This document shows, piece after piece, positions 1 to 11,038 of a stretch of DNA of 64,000 nt; position 1 is the first letter of the stretch; each line of letters starts with the position of its first letter. The position numbers were made by a program, and so were the translations under genes. The stretch covers positions 806,001-870,000 of the forward strand of contig BROI01000003.1 in the NCBI GenBank assembly GCA_027923505.1, given 5' to 3'. The stretch is from Mayamaea pseudoterrestris. Its lineage: Eukaryota. Under the pieces are notes generated by a model. The model searched no databases. It saw only the letters and a list, made by a program, of their open reading frames with translations, and was not told the DNA's origin.

Positions 1-414
1 CCAAGGAGACTCGGTCGTGGAGCCGGGCGCTTCCCTCGCTGGAGGTGAGTTTGATGCGTTTTCGGTGCGAATGACCGGAGAGTTCCGATTCGTCCAAGTG
101 ACAGCAAGAACTCGTCGCGATCCGGGATGGGAGGCAGCGTTCAAGCTTTTGCTTTGCTTGTGCGTTTGGTTTTAACTCTTGGTTGCTCAAAGGCTATGAT
201 TGTAGTGGTTTCAAAGCCACGATTCGGTCCTGGTTTTGCTGCATTGGAGGAAATTCCGAGGCTCGCAATGCTGGCGGATAACCCAACGAGGCACAAGTTG
301 TTGCAACGTGCACCTCGCAGGACTCGTGCATATATGAAACGTCGCAGTTGCAAATGTCGAAAGACCAGGACGCTTTGTTGTCTTACACTGCTATAAATTT
401 GTCTTTTACGTCAG

Positions 415-2025
415 GCAAAGAATAATGTGAGCAGCAGTCGACCCGTCGTCGACCCAGCTCATTTCGAACCTCTCGGTTCATGGACGTCGGACAAGCAGAA
501 TGCATCTCGACGCGACAATCCATTCATGATGACTTGGGTACCTGGAAAATCTCGAGAGTCTGTGCCGAACATGACTCATGGTACGAATGAAGATGTAGCT
601 TTCGTTTTGGCCGATCGCCTCTAGTCGTACCTCATGCTCATTCGTCATTCTCATTCGACCTTGCTAGGCGACGGCGTTTATCTGTACGACGATCGAGGCA
701 AGCAATACCTTGACTGGACATCGCAAGCAGTCTGCTCGAACCTTGGACACTCGCTGCCGGATGCAGTCATTGATGCAGCTGCTTATCAAATGAAGCTGTT
801 GCCTTACACGTACGTTGAAAGCGCTTCTACTAGTTGACTCGAATTTTAGTAATGAAGTGCTCACAAGTTAAACACCTTCTCTTTCAGCTACGGAGGCATT
901 GGCATAACGGAAGTGCGCACTCGAATGAATCAACTTATGGCGGAGATTCTTCCTGGAAACATTCGACCAGCTGTCTTTCCGTCCTCGGGCGCGGAAGCAA
1001 ATGAAGCTGGCATTATGATGGCGCGTCGGTTCACTGGTCGACGAAAGATCATTAGCTGGTACCGATCATATCACGGAGCAACTGCGAATGCTGGAGCAGC
1101 CACTGGAGACTATCGACGCTGGTTTGGATCGGACGATGTTCCCAACTTTGTCAAGGCATTTAATCCATTTCCGCTCTTCTTCCATCACGGTGGCAGCGAT
1201 GCAACTGAGGAGGAGCGCGTTCAATCTGCATTAAACATGTTGGAGGAACAGATTTTGAATGAAGGCCCCGACAATGTGGCGTCAATCATGATGGAGAGTA
1301 TTGTTGGTGCAGGTGGGTGTCTGATCATGCCTCCTGGTTACATGCAAGGCATTAGAGCAATCTGCGACAAGTATGGCATCCTCATGCACATGGACGAGGT
1401 CATGGTGGGTTTTGGACGCACCGGAAAGCTTTTTGGATTTCAGAACTACGACGGGGTTATGCCTGACATTATCACTTGCGCCAAGGGCATTTCCGGAGCC
1501 AGTCTGCCACTGTCGATGACGGCTTGCTCACAGCAGATTCTCGAATACTTTGACGACAAGCCGCTTGGATGGGGTTCGACGTATCAAGCTCATCCGGTGG
1601 CCATGGCGGCTGCTTACGAAAGCGTTAAGCATATTTTGAAGGAAGACATTGTTGGTCGCGTTCAAAACATTGCGCCATTGTTCGCTGAAGGTATGCAGGA
1701 CCTTGCGAACCGACACCCATGCATAAAGCAATTTCGAGCAATCGGCCTATTTGGTTGTTTTGACGTTATGGACATTAGCGGATCGAATCCAAAGCTTCAG
1801 CACGAGGTTTCGCATGACGCCTTTCACAAGTACCGAGAGGCATTTACCGAGAATGGTTTGGTTGGGCTTCATCGATACCCTCATATCCATTGCGCTCCTC
1901 CACTCATAATCAAGGAGCATGAACTCCTGGATGGCTTTAATCGCCTTGATAGAGCGTTGTCAGTTTTAGACGACGCCTTGGGCTTTTACAACGCGAGCAA
2001 GGACGTGTCGCTTGTCGGTCAATAG
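415..2025 (+). CDS. Class-III PLP-dependent aminotransferase (omega-amino acid/taurine/beta-alanine-pyruvate type); exons ~415-580, 668-809, 888-2025; true 5' end unresolved
   Basis: Three ORF fragments join in frame over GT-AG introns 581-667 and 810-887 (..THGDGVYLYDDRGKQYLDWTSQ..LPYTYGG..). Motifs SGAEANE, SYHG, DEVMVGFGRTG and the PLP lysine in CAKGIS. Confidence 0.9.
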
Positions 2026-3306
2026 CAGACGCAGTCTGACGTGCTATCATGCCTAACGGTATACATGGCTTGTCGATGACGATCTCATAATATGTTCATC
2101 TATTAGTACTTTCTTTTCACTTGTATAGCGTTTGTCTACGGTAGTCAAAATAGTCGTTCCTTTACGGTAGAATACTGGCGGATCAATTTCGGTTGACATA
2201 GCAACCGTCGCAGCGGTCATTACCTTGGGCGCAAATTTTTGAGGAGTTGGTGCTAGCTGTGAGCATATACTACTTTGCTGAACACCATCCTGGAGCTGGT
2301 ACGTACAAACCACTTCCTTAAAAGTCATACTGCCAAAAATGACTTTATCTCGCCAGCCATCAGCTCAAGTTTACTCGCACTGCTTCATGGTGTCATCAGG
2401 CTGCGCGCCGGCAAATGCACAGGTTGGCTCACGAAAGAATCGCTGGCCGAGTCACGGAAGAAAACAAGTAGGGAGCCAAGGTGAGTTCGCGCCAAAATAC
2501 AACCAAAGACACGACTGGCGCGCCAGCCACTGTCGAAGCGATGAGTGCAAGCACAAAATCAAGACGAGTCGCTGCTGATGATGTTCGGAAGCTTGTCCTC
2601 CTTTTGAACCATCCCAAGCAGCACTACTTACAACGGTCATAAACTACGCAACGACTCTTTGCCAGCAATCATTGTCGCTCGCTCTTACAAAAAGCAGCGC
2701 TGAACAGTGCATGCTGATTGAAGTTTGATTGGAGGTGAGTGAGGTGCGTGCCCTCACTGCATTGCATCGTGCATCATTGGTCGTTCGTCTTCCATGGAAG
2801 CGAAAATAACATATGTTCCGTCGATCATTGTCACCTGCGCACCTACCTTACAAAATCTAATTTGATTTATGTTGGAGCCGGGCAATCGTCGTCGATGATG
2901 TGAATGCTCGAGCGCCCTTCATTTTTATTCACAATCGGATTGATCGTATATCCATGATTTAGCAATGCATTGCACTTCCGAACGAACATTTAAAGCGGCT
3001 TAAAAGGCTCCGTAAACCGTAAACGGCGTGTCTTATATCAGTGATTGATTCTCCCGATTCCATCCATTGCGACCGTCGTGTCTCGAAAGAAACTTCCTCG
3101 ACGACGAGAAAGCATCTATCAGCTAGCAATTTGTGTGTGCCTTACCTGACTCGCGATCATGACTCCGACGCCGGCATTTCCACGAATGCTCACAATTTCA
3201 CTCGGGGTCATCCCGTTTAGTGACATGCAACGGCTAACTCGTATTTATTTGGTGCACCTTTACTTCATGACTGACACTTGTCTTTCCGCCTCTCTGTTTC
3301 GTTAAG

Positions 3307-4369
3307 ATGCGATACATCGAAGCTGACGACGGCTATTTTGATCTTGCAAGGGGACCGCCGCGGACATACTACTACAACGACTACTATAACGGAGGAATGC
3401 AGCAACAAGAGCAGGAACCATACGATCGCGCGCAACCGGGAAGCAACATTTGGCCGATGCAGCAGATTGTGCAGCCTCACAACAACGACATTTTGATGGG
3501 CAGGGGAGGTGAGTGCCCTGGGGTCGTTCGGACTTTAGTTTGCTGCAATCTTCTCACTTTTGGTAACACTTACAGGCAAAAACAACCAGCATGCTGGCAA
3601 CGAACGCCTACGTCAAATGGCCCGACATTACTGCGAGCAGTACAAGGTCTCGAAAAAGAAAGGAAAGTCTAACATCTCCCGGACATTGGTTGGAATGATT
3701 CGGAATCTTGATCCACCCGGAAGGTGAGTCACTTACTGCTCGATAACTCTTTAAAGCTTTCCATCCGAAACCCACTCACTCGTCATGTCGCTTTGATGAT
3801 GCAGATTCTTAAAGAAAGACCCAACGAGCCGCCTTTGGGAGGATGTGGGAGACGAAACTGCGCGAGAAAAGGCGAGCCAAGTTCTACGAGATGCTGTAGC
3901 CTTGGCGCATCCGGAGCTGTACGCAGAAGAGCAAAAGCAGCAGCACCCAGAAAGTCTCTATGGCGTTCCTTCTCTGGATGAAACGGCAGCAAGCTCTACT
4001 GAAGATATGCAAGGAAATCAAACGGAGTACTTCTTTCCTCCAACGCCAATTCAGAGCAGATACAAGCGTGCGCGAATAAGTGATCCACGGGAGGGATCTA
4101 TTGTACCGCGTCCAGACTTGGTGCCTTCAAATGTAAGCGGTCTTAGATTTACAGGCGGAGGTGATCCTTTACTGGGGCGTCCTCCAGCGTTGCTCTCGGT
4201 CGACCGCCGTAATAGCTCCACTGCTACGGCGGCTAGCTTACTGGGCGATCTACACGCAGACGGGAATTCTGCAATGCTTTCTGAATTTGACTTGTTCAAT
4301 GGTACTTTGCTTGACAGTGGCGAGCATTCATCATCTACTGCTGCGGCGGGGGCTCGCAACATGCCATAG
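3307..4369 (+). CDS. DUF6824-domain protein; exons 3307-3508, 3576-3723, 3805-4369
   Basis: Splicing at introns 3509-3575 and 3724-3804 (both GTGAGT...CAG) gives PHNNDILMGRGGKNNQHAGNERLR...LDPPGRFLKK...WEDVGDETAREKASQVLRD, the typical diatom DUF6824 pattern. Confidence 0.85.
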
Positions 4370-4568
4370 AAATACGTTTATAATTGTGCCGAAATTATGG
4401 GGAGAGTGACTGACTTTGAGCTCAAGAAATCGGCAGAAGGTCGAGCATGCCATTCTGTTTGTCAGTCCACTGCTAATAACAATTTTTTATAATGTGACTA
4501 GAAGTTTTTAGTATACAACTTATCTGTCAGTAGCAATCTTGCAGTAGCTCACGAAATAGATTACAGAT

Positions 4569-6080
4569 CTATTGCTTCTTGCGCTTCTTCTTGTCGTTCG
4601 AAATTGCTTCAGCTGGAGCCGCTTTTGCTTGAGCTTTCAACTTCTTTTGTACCGCATCGACTCCATACTGCACTCCTAGAAGGATCAAAAGTATCGGCAA
4701 AAACACGCACACCTTGTCGAACCACATGCCACCCTGCTCTTCGCCAAACTTTTCAACCAGGACGCGATAAAAGTGCAGGACTGGACCTGGAAGCGTCCCA
4801 CCAAAGGGCAGCGCGAATAACGGCAAGGCGATGCGTCGCGCATGGGAGACTGGTGTGGCGTAAATGTATTTCCGAGCAACATACAATCGACCGCTCGGTG
4901 GTAGTAGTCCGTGCAATGATTTAAAATCAAAGTCGCGGTGCTCGTCAGTGTTATGATGAACAACGGCCATTGCTTTTGTCGCACGAATTTTGATTGGATC
5001 CGTTCTTGTCGCAGGGTAAACGAACTCGCCTCCCTGAACGTCGTCGTTCAAAAAGATGGTGACAGTGGCCATAGGTTGATCGACACCAATGTTATCGTAG
5101 TGGGCGTTCCAATAACTTCCTGCCTCAAACTTGTGAATGGTGAAGTCGCTAAAATGACTTGACGGAAATCCAGTAACTTGTTCAATGCGCTCCTCAATCG
5201 CCTTTTGCGCCGGTCCCTGCAAGAGACCTTGCCAAAGCGCGACAGTCTCAACATTAACAAGAGTTTCAGCGTCATGGATAAGTTGCAAAGTGTCCGGTGT
5301 CTTGCCAGCAGGTCGGAACCTTGAACCTGCTCTTCGAATGAGGCTGTCGCACTCGTCATCCGTCAACAGATTGTGGATCAAGTACACGACGGGGTTCGTT
5401 GTCTCCACGTCTTCAAAGAATGGGCGATCGCCGCCAGCGTAAAGTCTGACGCGTTCTGGCATTCCGTTGTTGACAATTTCATGAGTCTGCATAGACTGCG
5501 TGACAGTCGCCGTCGTCAAGACATTTGCCGAGTTCAACGATATCATGACGACTGGAATCTCAATGTTCTCCGATCCCTCGTCAGCGGGCAATCGAAAGAC
5601 ATCTTCAGGACGCTTCTCATTCGTATTGACTAAAAGTAAGGCCGCTGCTCCACTCAGTTGCGCAATCTGTGCCATTTGAACCCCAGTAAGTTTCTTCCCC
5701 TGGTTCGTCATGACACAAACGTTACCATGAACTTCTTCTGCATTCTTCAACTTTTGAATGACAATGCGTCGCTCCGTTGTACCATCTCCAACATCTACAT
5801 CTTCCTCTTGAACACCATTCAATGGTTCAGCAAAAATAGGCATGGCTTCAACTTCCAGCAAGGCTGCTTGTGATGTTTGTGGTCCAAAGTGGGCAACGGA
5901 GGCGTCGAGCGCCGAAATGACAGCCGAGTGTCCCCATTCCAAGACGGCTGCCTCTTCCGCTGTTCTACGTGGATATAACCGATAATTTTCAAGTTCCTGC
6001 ATGGATGTGAGATGACTGCATGATACTTGATGGAGTAAAGTCATAGACAATAAGCTAGAGAGGAACCGTAGGCTCGCCAT
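4569..6080 (-). CDS. Type-I membrane protein: PA (protease-associated) domain + prolyl-4-hydroxylase-like 2OG-Fe(II) oxygenase
   Basis: ATG at 6080 starts a signal peptide (MASLRFLSSLLSMTLLHQVSCS). PA-like AQLSGAAALLLVN...IPVVMIS; P4H-like VYLIHNLLTDDECDSLI, IEERI, HYD, ATVTIFLND..GGE, SLHG; C-terminal TM helix and KKKRKKQ tail. Confidence 0.8.
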   Translation of the reverse strand: MASLRFLSSLLSMTLLHQVSCSHLTSMQELENYRLYPRRTAEEAAVLEWGHSAVISALDASVAHFGPQTSQAALLEVEAMPIFAEPLNGVQEEDVDVGDGTTERRIVIQKLKNAEEVHGNVCVMTNQGKKLTGVQMAQIAQLSGAAALLLVNTNEKRPEDVFRLPADEGSENIEIPVVMISLNSANVLTTATVTQSMQTHEIVNNGMPERVRLYAGGDRPFFEDVETTNPVVYLIHNLLTDDECDSLIRRAGSRFRPAGKTPDTLQLIHDAETLVNVETVALWQGLLQGPAQKAIEERIEQVTGFPSSHFSDFTIHKFEAGSYWNAHYDNIGVDQPMATVTIFLNDDVQGGEFVYPATRTDPIKIRATKAMAVVHHNTDEHRDFDFKSLHGLLPPSGRLYVARKYIYATPVSHARRIALPLFALPFGGTLPGPVLHFYRVLVEKFGEEQGGMWFDKVCVFLPILLILLGVQYGVDAVQKKLKAQAKAAPAEAISNDKKKRKKQ

Positions 6081-6330
6081 GGTGATCGATCCAAACCTTT
6101 CAAAATCGAAATTGTGACGAGCGGCGGCGGTCGCGTTTCGGCGCGGCGTGACAAGTGTCGCAACGGTTACGATGACGTCATTATCGCGCGCGAAGGGGCG
6201 GCGCGGATCATCGATGCGTTTCACTCGTCGCAATTTGCAACGGTCCGCTTCCCCTCCTTTCACAAGCAACCAACCATAGTCGCGACGGGTCGTCGAACCG
6301 CGTAAAAGCTACTTTATCATCGTCATCATC

Positions 6331-8997
6331 ATGCTTCAGCCTCCAGGATCGCGAGGACCGCGTACGCCGGCCGTATCGAGTCGTCGAAAGGTAAAGCGAA
6401 GATTGAAACATGATGTTCATGCATACGTATCCAGTGGCAGCAGCAGCAGCAGCAGCAGCCGTATTTCGACCTTTGTAAATCCATTTTGCATTAACTTACT
6501 CATGTTTTGCTCTTCATTCTACTGGTAGGCTGTGGAAGTACCTGATGACGTGATTCGTCAATTGCAACGCCTCGGCCCAAACAAGCGCTGCGCTGACTGT
6601 ACCTCCAAGCTTCCTGGATGTGTCAACCTTACGGTCGGATCATTCGTCTGCATGACATGCGCGGGTATTCATCGCGAATGCAACCAAAAGATCAAGGGAG
6701 TGGGACACTCGAGCTTCACGCCTGAGGATGCCGAGCAAATGAAGAATACGGACAACGACAAGGTCAATCAGCTGTACCTGGCGCGCTACAATCCAGCGAC
6801 GGAACGGCTTCGGGCGCCGCAGGGCAATCATGACCAGAACCATCTGCGGGCATGGATCAAGGCCAAGTATGTGGAGAAAGTCTGGGCTGGACCGACGGGA
6901 CAGCAGCAGCAGCCTAGTGCGGGGACGTTGGCACAACTGTCGCCAGGACAGCGACATCAGCAATATGGACAGCCGACGGTTGTTCAACTGCCGAAAGAGC
7001 CAGAAGTTGATCTATTCGGCAGCGGCAACTATAGCAATGCGCTCAATCCGGCCTTGAGCGGCAATCAGGGATGGGACGCCTTTGGAGGAAGCCAGCAGCA
7101 ACAGCAGCAGCATCAGCAGCCCCCTGCCTTTCAAGCGAACTTTGCCAATTTTGATGCTCCACCTCAACAGAATCAGCCACAGCAGTCTTATTCGCAACAA
7201 CAAAACGACGCGTTTCCTGCCGACTTTGGGTCGTCGCAAGTTCGCCAGCAGCTGCAGCACCCGACACAGCAACAGCAGATTCAGCAGCAGCCGATACAGC
7301 AGCAGCAACCGACACTGCACCAACATATTCAGCAGCAACCCGCCTTCCAGGCGAACTTTGCCTCTTTTGATCAGCAGCAACAAACGCACGAAACACAGCA
7401 GCACGGATTTGCCAACTACAATGACCAACAACCACAACAACAGCAAATGCAACCACACACGCAGCAACAGCAGCAGCCTAGTAATTTTGCAAATTCTAAT
7501 CAGGAGCCTACGCCAATTCAACAACGCCAGACGCAAGGAAACGTGGTAAATTCTGACCAACAACAAACTCAGCAGCCGCATGGATTTGCGAACGTTAGTC
7601 ATCAAACGACGTCTCCGACTCAAGTTCAGCCGTCGAGTCATCATCACCCGCCAGGATCTTTCGCAAACTTCACTCAGCCACCAGCCTCGTTAACGCAACA
7701 GTTACAATCACACGTAGCATCATCGCATCACCCACAGCAGAATCAACCGCCGCAAAATAGTGTTTCACAAGATTCAAATCAGTTTCAAGGTTACCATGCA
7801 CAGAGACTTCAGCTGAGTGAAAGTCAGGGAAACCAGCAGCAGCTTGGTTCATTCGCTGCGTTTCAATCACAGCCGATGGTGCCTGTTGCATCGGGACAAT
7901 TACAACATGTCGGCGCTTCAACTAATGGCGAGTCAACTCATCAACCAATGTCGTCAACGCAGCAGCAGCATAGTGCGTCGACGGCGATGACACCAGCTGA
8001 GCGGGGGTCATCTGATTTAGAGACGCACGCAGTTGACCACTTTGCATCGTTGGCAGACTTGACTCCTACAAAGGCGAAGCCGTCATCGACGGCGGAGATT
8101 GTTACTGCCAAGGAAAAGGTTTCTGTTACCCACAAGCCCGTCGCTGGCGCATCCAAATACAAGTCAGGTCAAAGGGTATATTACACAAGCTCAAGCTTTG
8201 TTGGTATGGTAACCATTGTCAAGGTTCATGTCGACGATGAACTCGAGCCTTTTTATACCATAGCCGTCGACGGCAAAGAGCGACAGACTGACAATGAGCA
8301 TTTGGCGGAAAAAAGTCCTACCCAAATCGAGATTGAAGCTATATTATTGGAACTGACGGATAAGCAACTGGAAGATGTTTTAATTTACACGAACCGGCTG
8401 AAAAACGGGTCACATGGATTGACCGATAGCGTGTCTCAATCTGCTTCACACCGGTCAGATGGCCCTTCCATTTCGTCGTCCATCTCTGAAGGCCAACAGG
8501 CGCAGCTACAAAGTGCACAGTATGCAAGCCAGATGGCCCCAAACAAGTTATCGACCGTGCATGGTCAACCGGACATTGCTTCAAGATCTGCATTGCCGCA
8601 TGCTCATGGACAATTGTCCATGACTGTCCAGCATCACCATCAGCAGCCGGCACTTGCCGCGCAACAACAGCATCAGCTACATAATATGATTGTTCGAGGG
8701 CCGCCTTACACTTCAAGCCCACCTCAGAATCAACAGGAGCAGAGGACAGGTGGTTTTGTCGGAAATGCTCCGTTTGGAGGCATTCCAAGCCCAAGCGGTC
8801 TTGCGAGTCCAACAGCAGATCAGTCGTTGAACGCGTTCCAGGGCGCAACATCGATCTTACCTGGACCGCCGCTCGCAACACATCCTCAGATGCATCCGCA
8901 ATTGCAACATGGTTTCACTGAGACGCCCGGTGCTGTGCAGATCCCACAACAGCAGGATTCGTCGTCTCAAGGCGGCAATCCGTTTGACATTTACTAG
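6331..8997 (+). CDS. ArfGAP (AGFG-like) protein with long Gln-rich region; exons 6331-6390, 6529-8997
   Basis: CADC-x16-CMTC-x4-R ArfGAP zinc finger, WIKAKYVEK, repeated FANF-like motifs and C-terminal NPF. Intron 6391-6528 (GTAAAG..TAG) links an ATG exon in frame. Confidence 0.88.
6438..6458 (+). repeat. (CAG)7 microsatellite in ArfGAP intron 1
   Basis: Direct reading of seven CAG units. Confidence 0.9.
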
Positions 8998-9532
8998 CAA
9001 TACAGAAGTGAATGTAATAAACCTTGCAGTAGTTATACTTCTTGTCGATTATGAAAATTACTGATTCCAAAGGCCACTTTCACCATCAACTTTCTTCACA
9101 TTCTTCCTCGTCATTCAATCCACTGACTGTGAAGCAACTTAATGAATCATCACAAAGTAGTAGTCAATCACCACATAACATGCTATGTCTGATGTCCGCG
9201 ACTCCGCACCGAGGCCATAGCTTTAATGGCGCTCAATTCCATGCCCATTGCCACATCCACCGCCTTGTTCGGCAAGCTATCTAGCTTCTTGCAATGTTCG
9301 AATGTAAAAAAGTCTCAATCGGTAATCAATGTCTTGGGTTGACGCCAGTGATCACAGTTAGTACGACGAACAACTCGACATCAGTCCCACCTCTGATTAT
9401 AAGCTTGGTCGATAAATTAAAAGCGATTCATCGGTTCATCAATCAATGAAGACTTCTAAGCTCCGACACGCTCGTCACGGCGAGCATGATGCAGCATGAT
9501 GCACACTGGTCGCAATGATTGTGACGCTTGAA

Positions 9533-9893
9533 GGCAATAGTATGAAACGAGTGCCAGTGAAAACTACGTCATCAAGGGTTATATACGAAACGAGTGCCAG
9601 TGAAAACTGGGTCTGAAGGGTTATATATAAAACGAATGCCAGTGAAAACTGCGTCAGAGGGGTTATATACGAAACGAGTGCCAGTGAAAACCGCGTCATG
9701 GTTTTGTGGACTTGAAAGCAACGCCATGTGACGTAATTGACACTGGCACTCGTTTCGAACTATTGCCTTGTGACGCAATTGACACTGGCAGTCGTTTCGT
9801 AATATTGCCTTGTGACGTAATTGACACTGGCACTTGTTTCATTATATTGCCTTATGACGTAATTGACACTGGCACTTGTTTCGTACTATTGCC
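9533..9893. mobile_element. Foldback/MITE-like non-autonomous element: two inverted arms, each of four ~42-bp tandem units
   Basis: Left core RTGCCAGTG at 9551, 9594, 9636, 9678; right core CACTGGCA at 9741, 9783, 9825, 9867. Termini GGCAATAGTATGAAACGAGTGCCAGTG and CACTGGCACTTGTTTCGTACTATTGCC are reverse complements at 25/27 positions. The repeat structure is certain; the transposon identity is inferred. Confidence 0.7.
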
Positions 9894-10118
9894 TTGTGAC
9901 GTACTATGTCAGTAGTTGCGATCAACGTGCAGCATGTCGCGGAGCCACAACAATCATTACAAACCTTCCATCGACTGATCATTACACAAACAGAGTTGAT
10001 CCGCACTTTCGTTATAGTTTCAAAGAATAGTGAACCTCTGCGACTTGATTTTTGGCTTCTGTCTCTTCCTTTTGCAAAAAAGGTCGATTATTTCCCTCGC
10101 GTCATTGACTGTGAGTCA

Positions 10119-10996
10119 ATGATTCCATTACTGCAAGCTTTTACACCTTTATTGACTTTATTTGCCATGTCTAAAGCGGTCGAGGAGGATTCAGAGCGAT
10201 TAGCTCGATGGAAATCAAGGGTAAGTGAGACGCAACAATTTAACCACAAAATGCAGCATAATTTGATCGAAAGAACATACTCTCACAACCCTGTCGACTT
10301 GCCTCGTCGCAGTGGGACGACAACAAGATTGGCTGGCATGAAGCATCACCGCATGAGTCGATTATTAATCATGGACATTTGCTTTTTCCCACGGTCAATG
10401 ATCATGCTGCACTTACTGCTGATTCATCATCCTGTTCAAAACCACTTCGAGTCTTCGTTCCCCTTTGCGGAAAATCAGTCGATATGGCATATTTCGCAAA
10501 GCAAGATTTTGTGCAAGAAGTTGTTGGCGTTGATGGAATCCAGAAGGCGCTCGACGCTTTTGCTGCGGAACACGCTGATTTGAACCTGCAACCTGCCGAG
10601 CCTATCGGCCAATACGACCAGTTGAAAGGGGAAAAGATTACGCTGTTACGTGGCGACTTTTTTGAAATGGACGAGGCAGACACAAGTGGTCGTTTTGATG
10701 TTATATTTGATCGGGCATCAATGGTTGCAATTGAACCGAGCTTGCGTGAGGACTATCTCAAAACGATCGGCCGGCTCTTGGCGCCAGGTGGCAAGATTCT
10801 CCTCGTGACAATTGAACGCACGTCGGGTACGGATGAGGATAAAGGAGGACCGCCTTTCTCGATCCCTGAAGCTGAAGTCAGGAGGTTATATGAAGCACAA
10901 ACTTGGGTTGACTCTGTATCTATCTTGCCGGGAAACGAGGCACGAAACGAGGGGAGCACGAATGTTTCGCACTTCTTCCTCATACAAGCGACATAA
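10119..10996 (+). CDS. Thiopurine S-methyltransferase (TPMT)-family SAM methyltransferase; exons 10119 (or 10167)-10220, 10313-10996
   Basis: Intron 10221-10312 (GTAAGT..CAG) yields WKSR|WDDNKIGWH. Motifs RVFVPLCGKSVDM, GDFF, FDVIFDRASMVAI, GGPPFSI. Confidence 0.9.
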
Positions 10997-11038
10997 AGTA
11001 CTTTTATATTAAGCTTTGAATTTCCACGATCTACATGA

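Noticed and set aside
1..414. 5' exons of the aminotransferase (donor-like GAG|GTGAGT near 45)
   Set aside because: I could not build an unambiguous in-frame splice path; the gene may begin outside the window.
2050..2700. Possible degraded gene downstream of the aminotransferase
   Set aside because: Only short stop-interrupted frames and no recognisable domain.
9533..9893. CRISPR array
   Set aside because: Units are contiguous with no unique spacers, the arms are inverted, there are no cas genes and the context is eukaryotic.
9475..9915. Short repetitive ORFs (DAVFTGTRF / CDVIDTGT repeats)
   Set aside because: Translation by-products of the 42-bp unit, which is a multiple of three; they appear on both strands.
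9906..10583. 225-aa ORF overlapping TPMT
   Set aside because: It reads through intron 10221-10312; only its exon-1 part is real.
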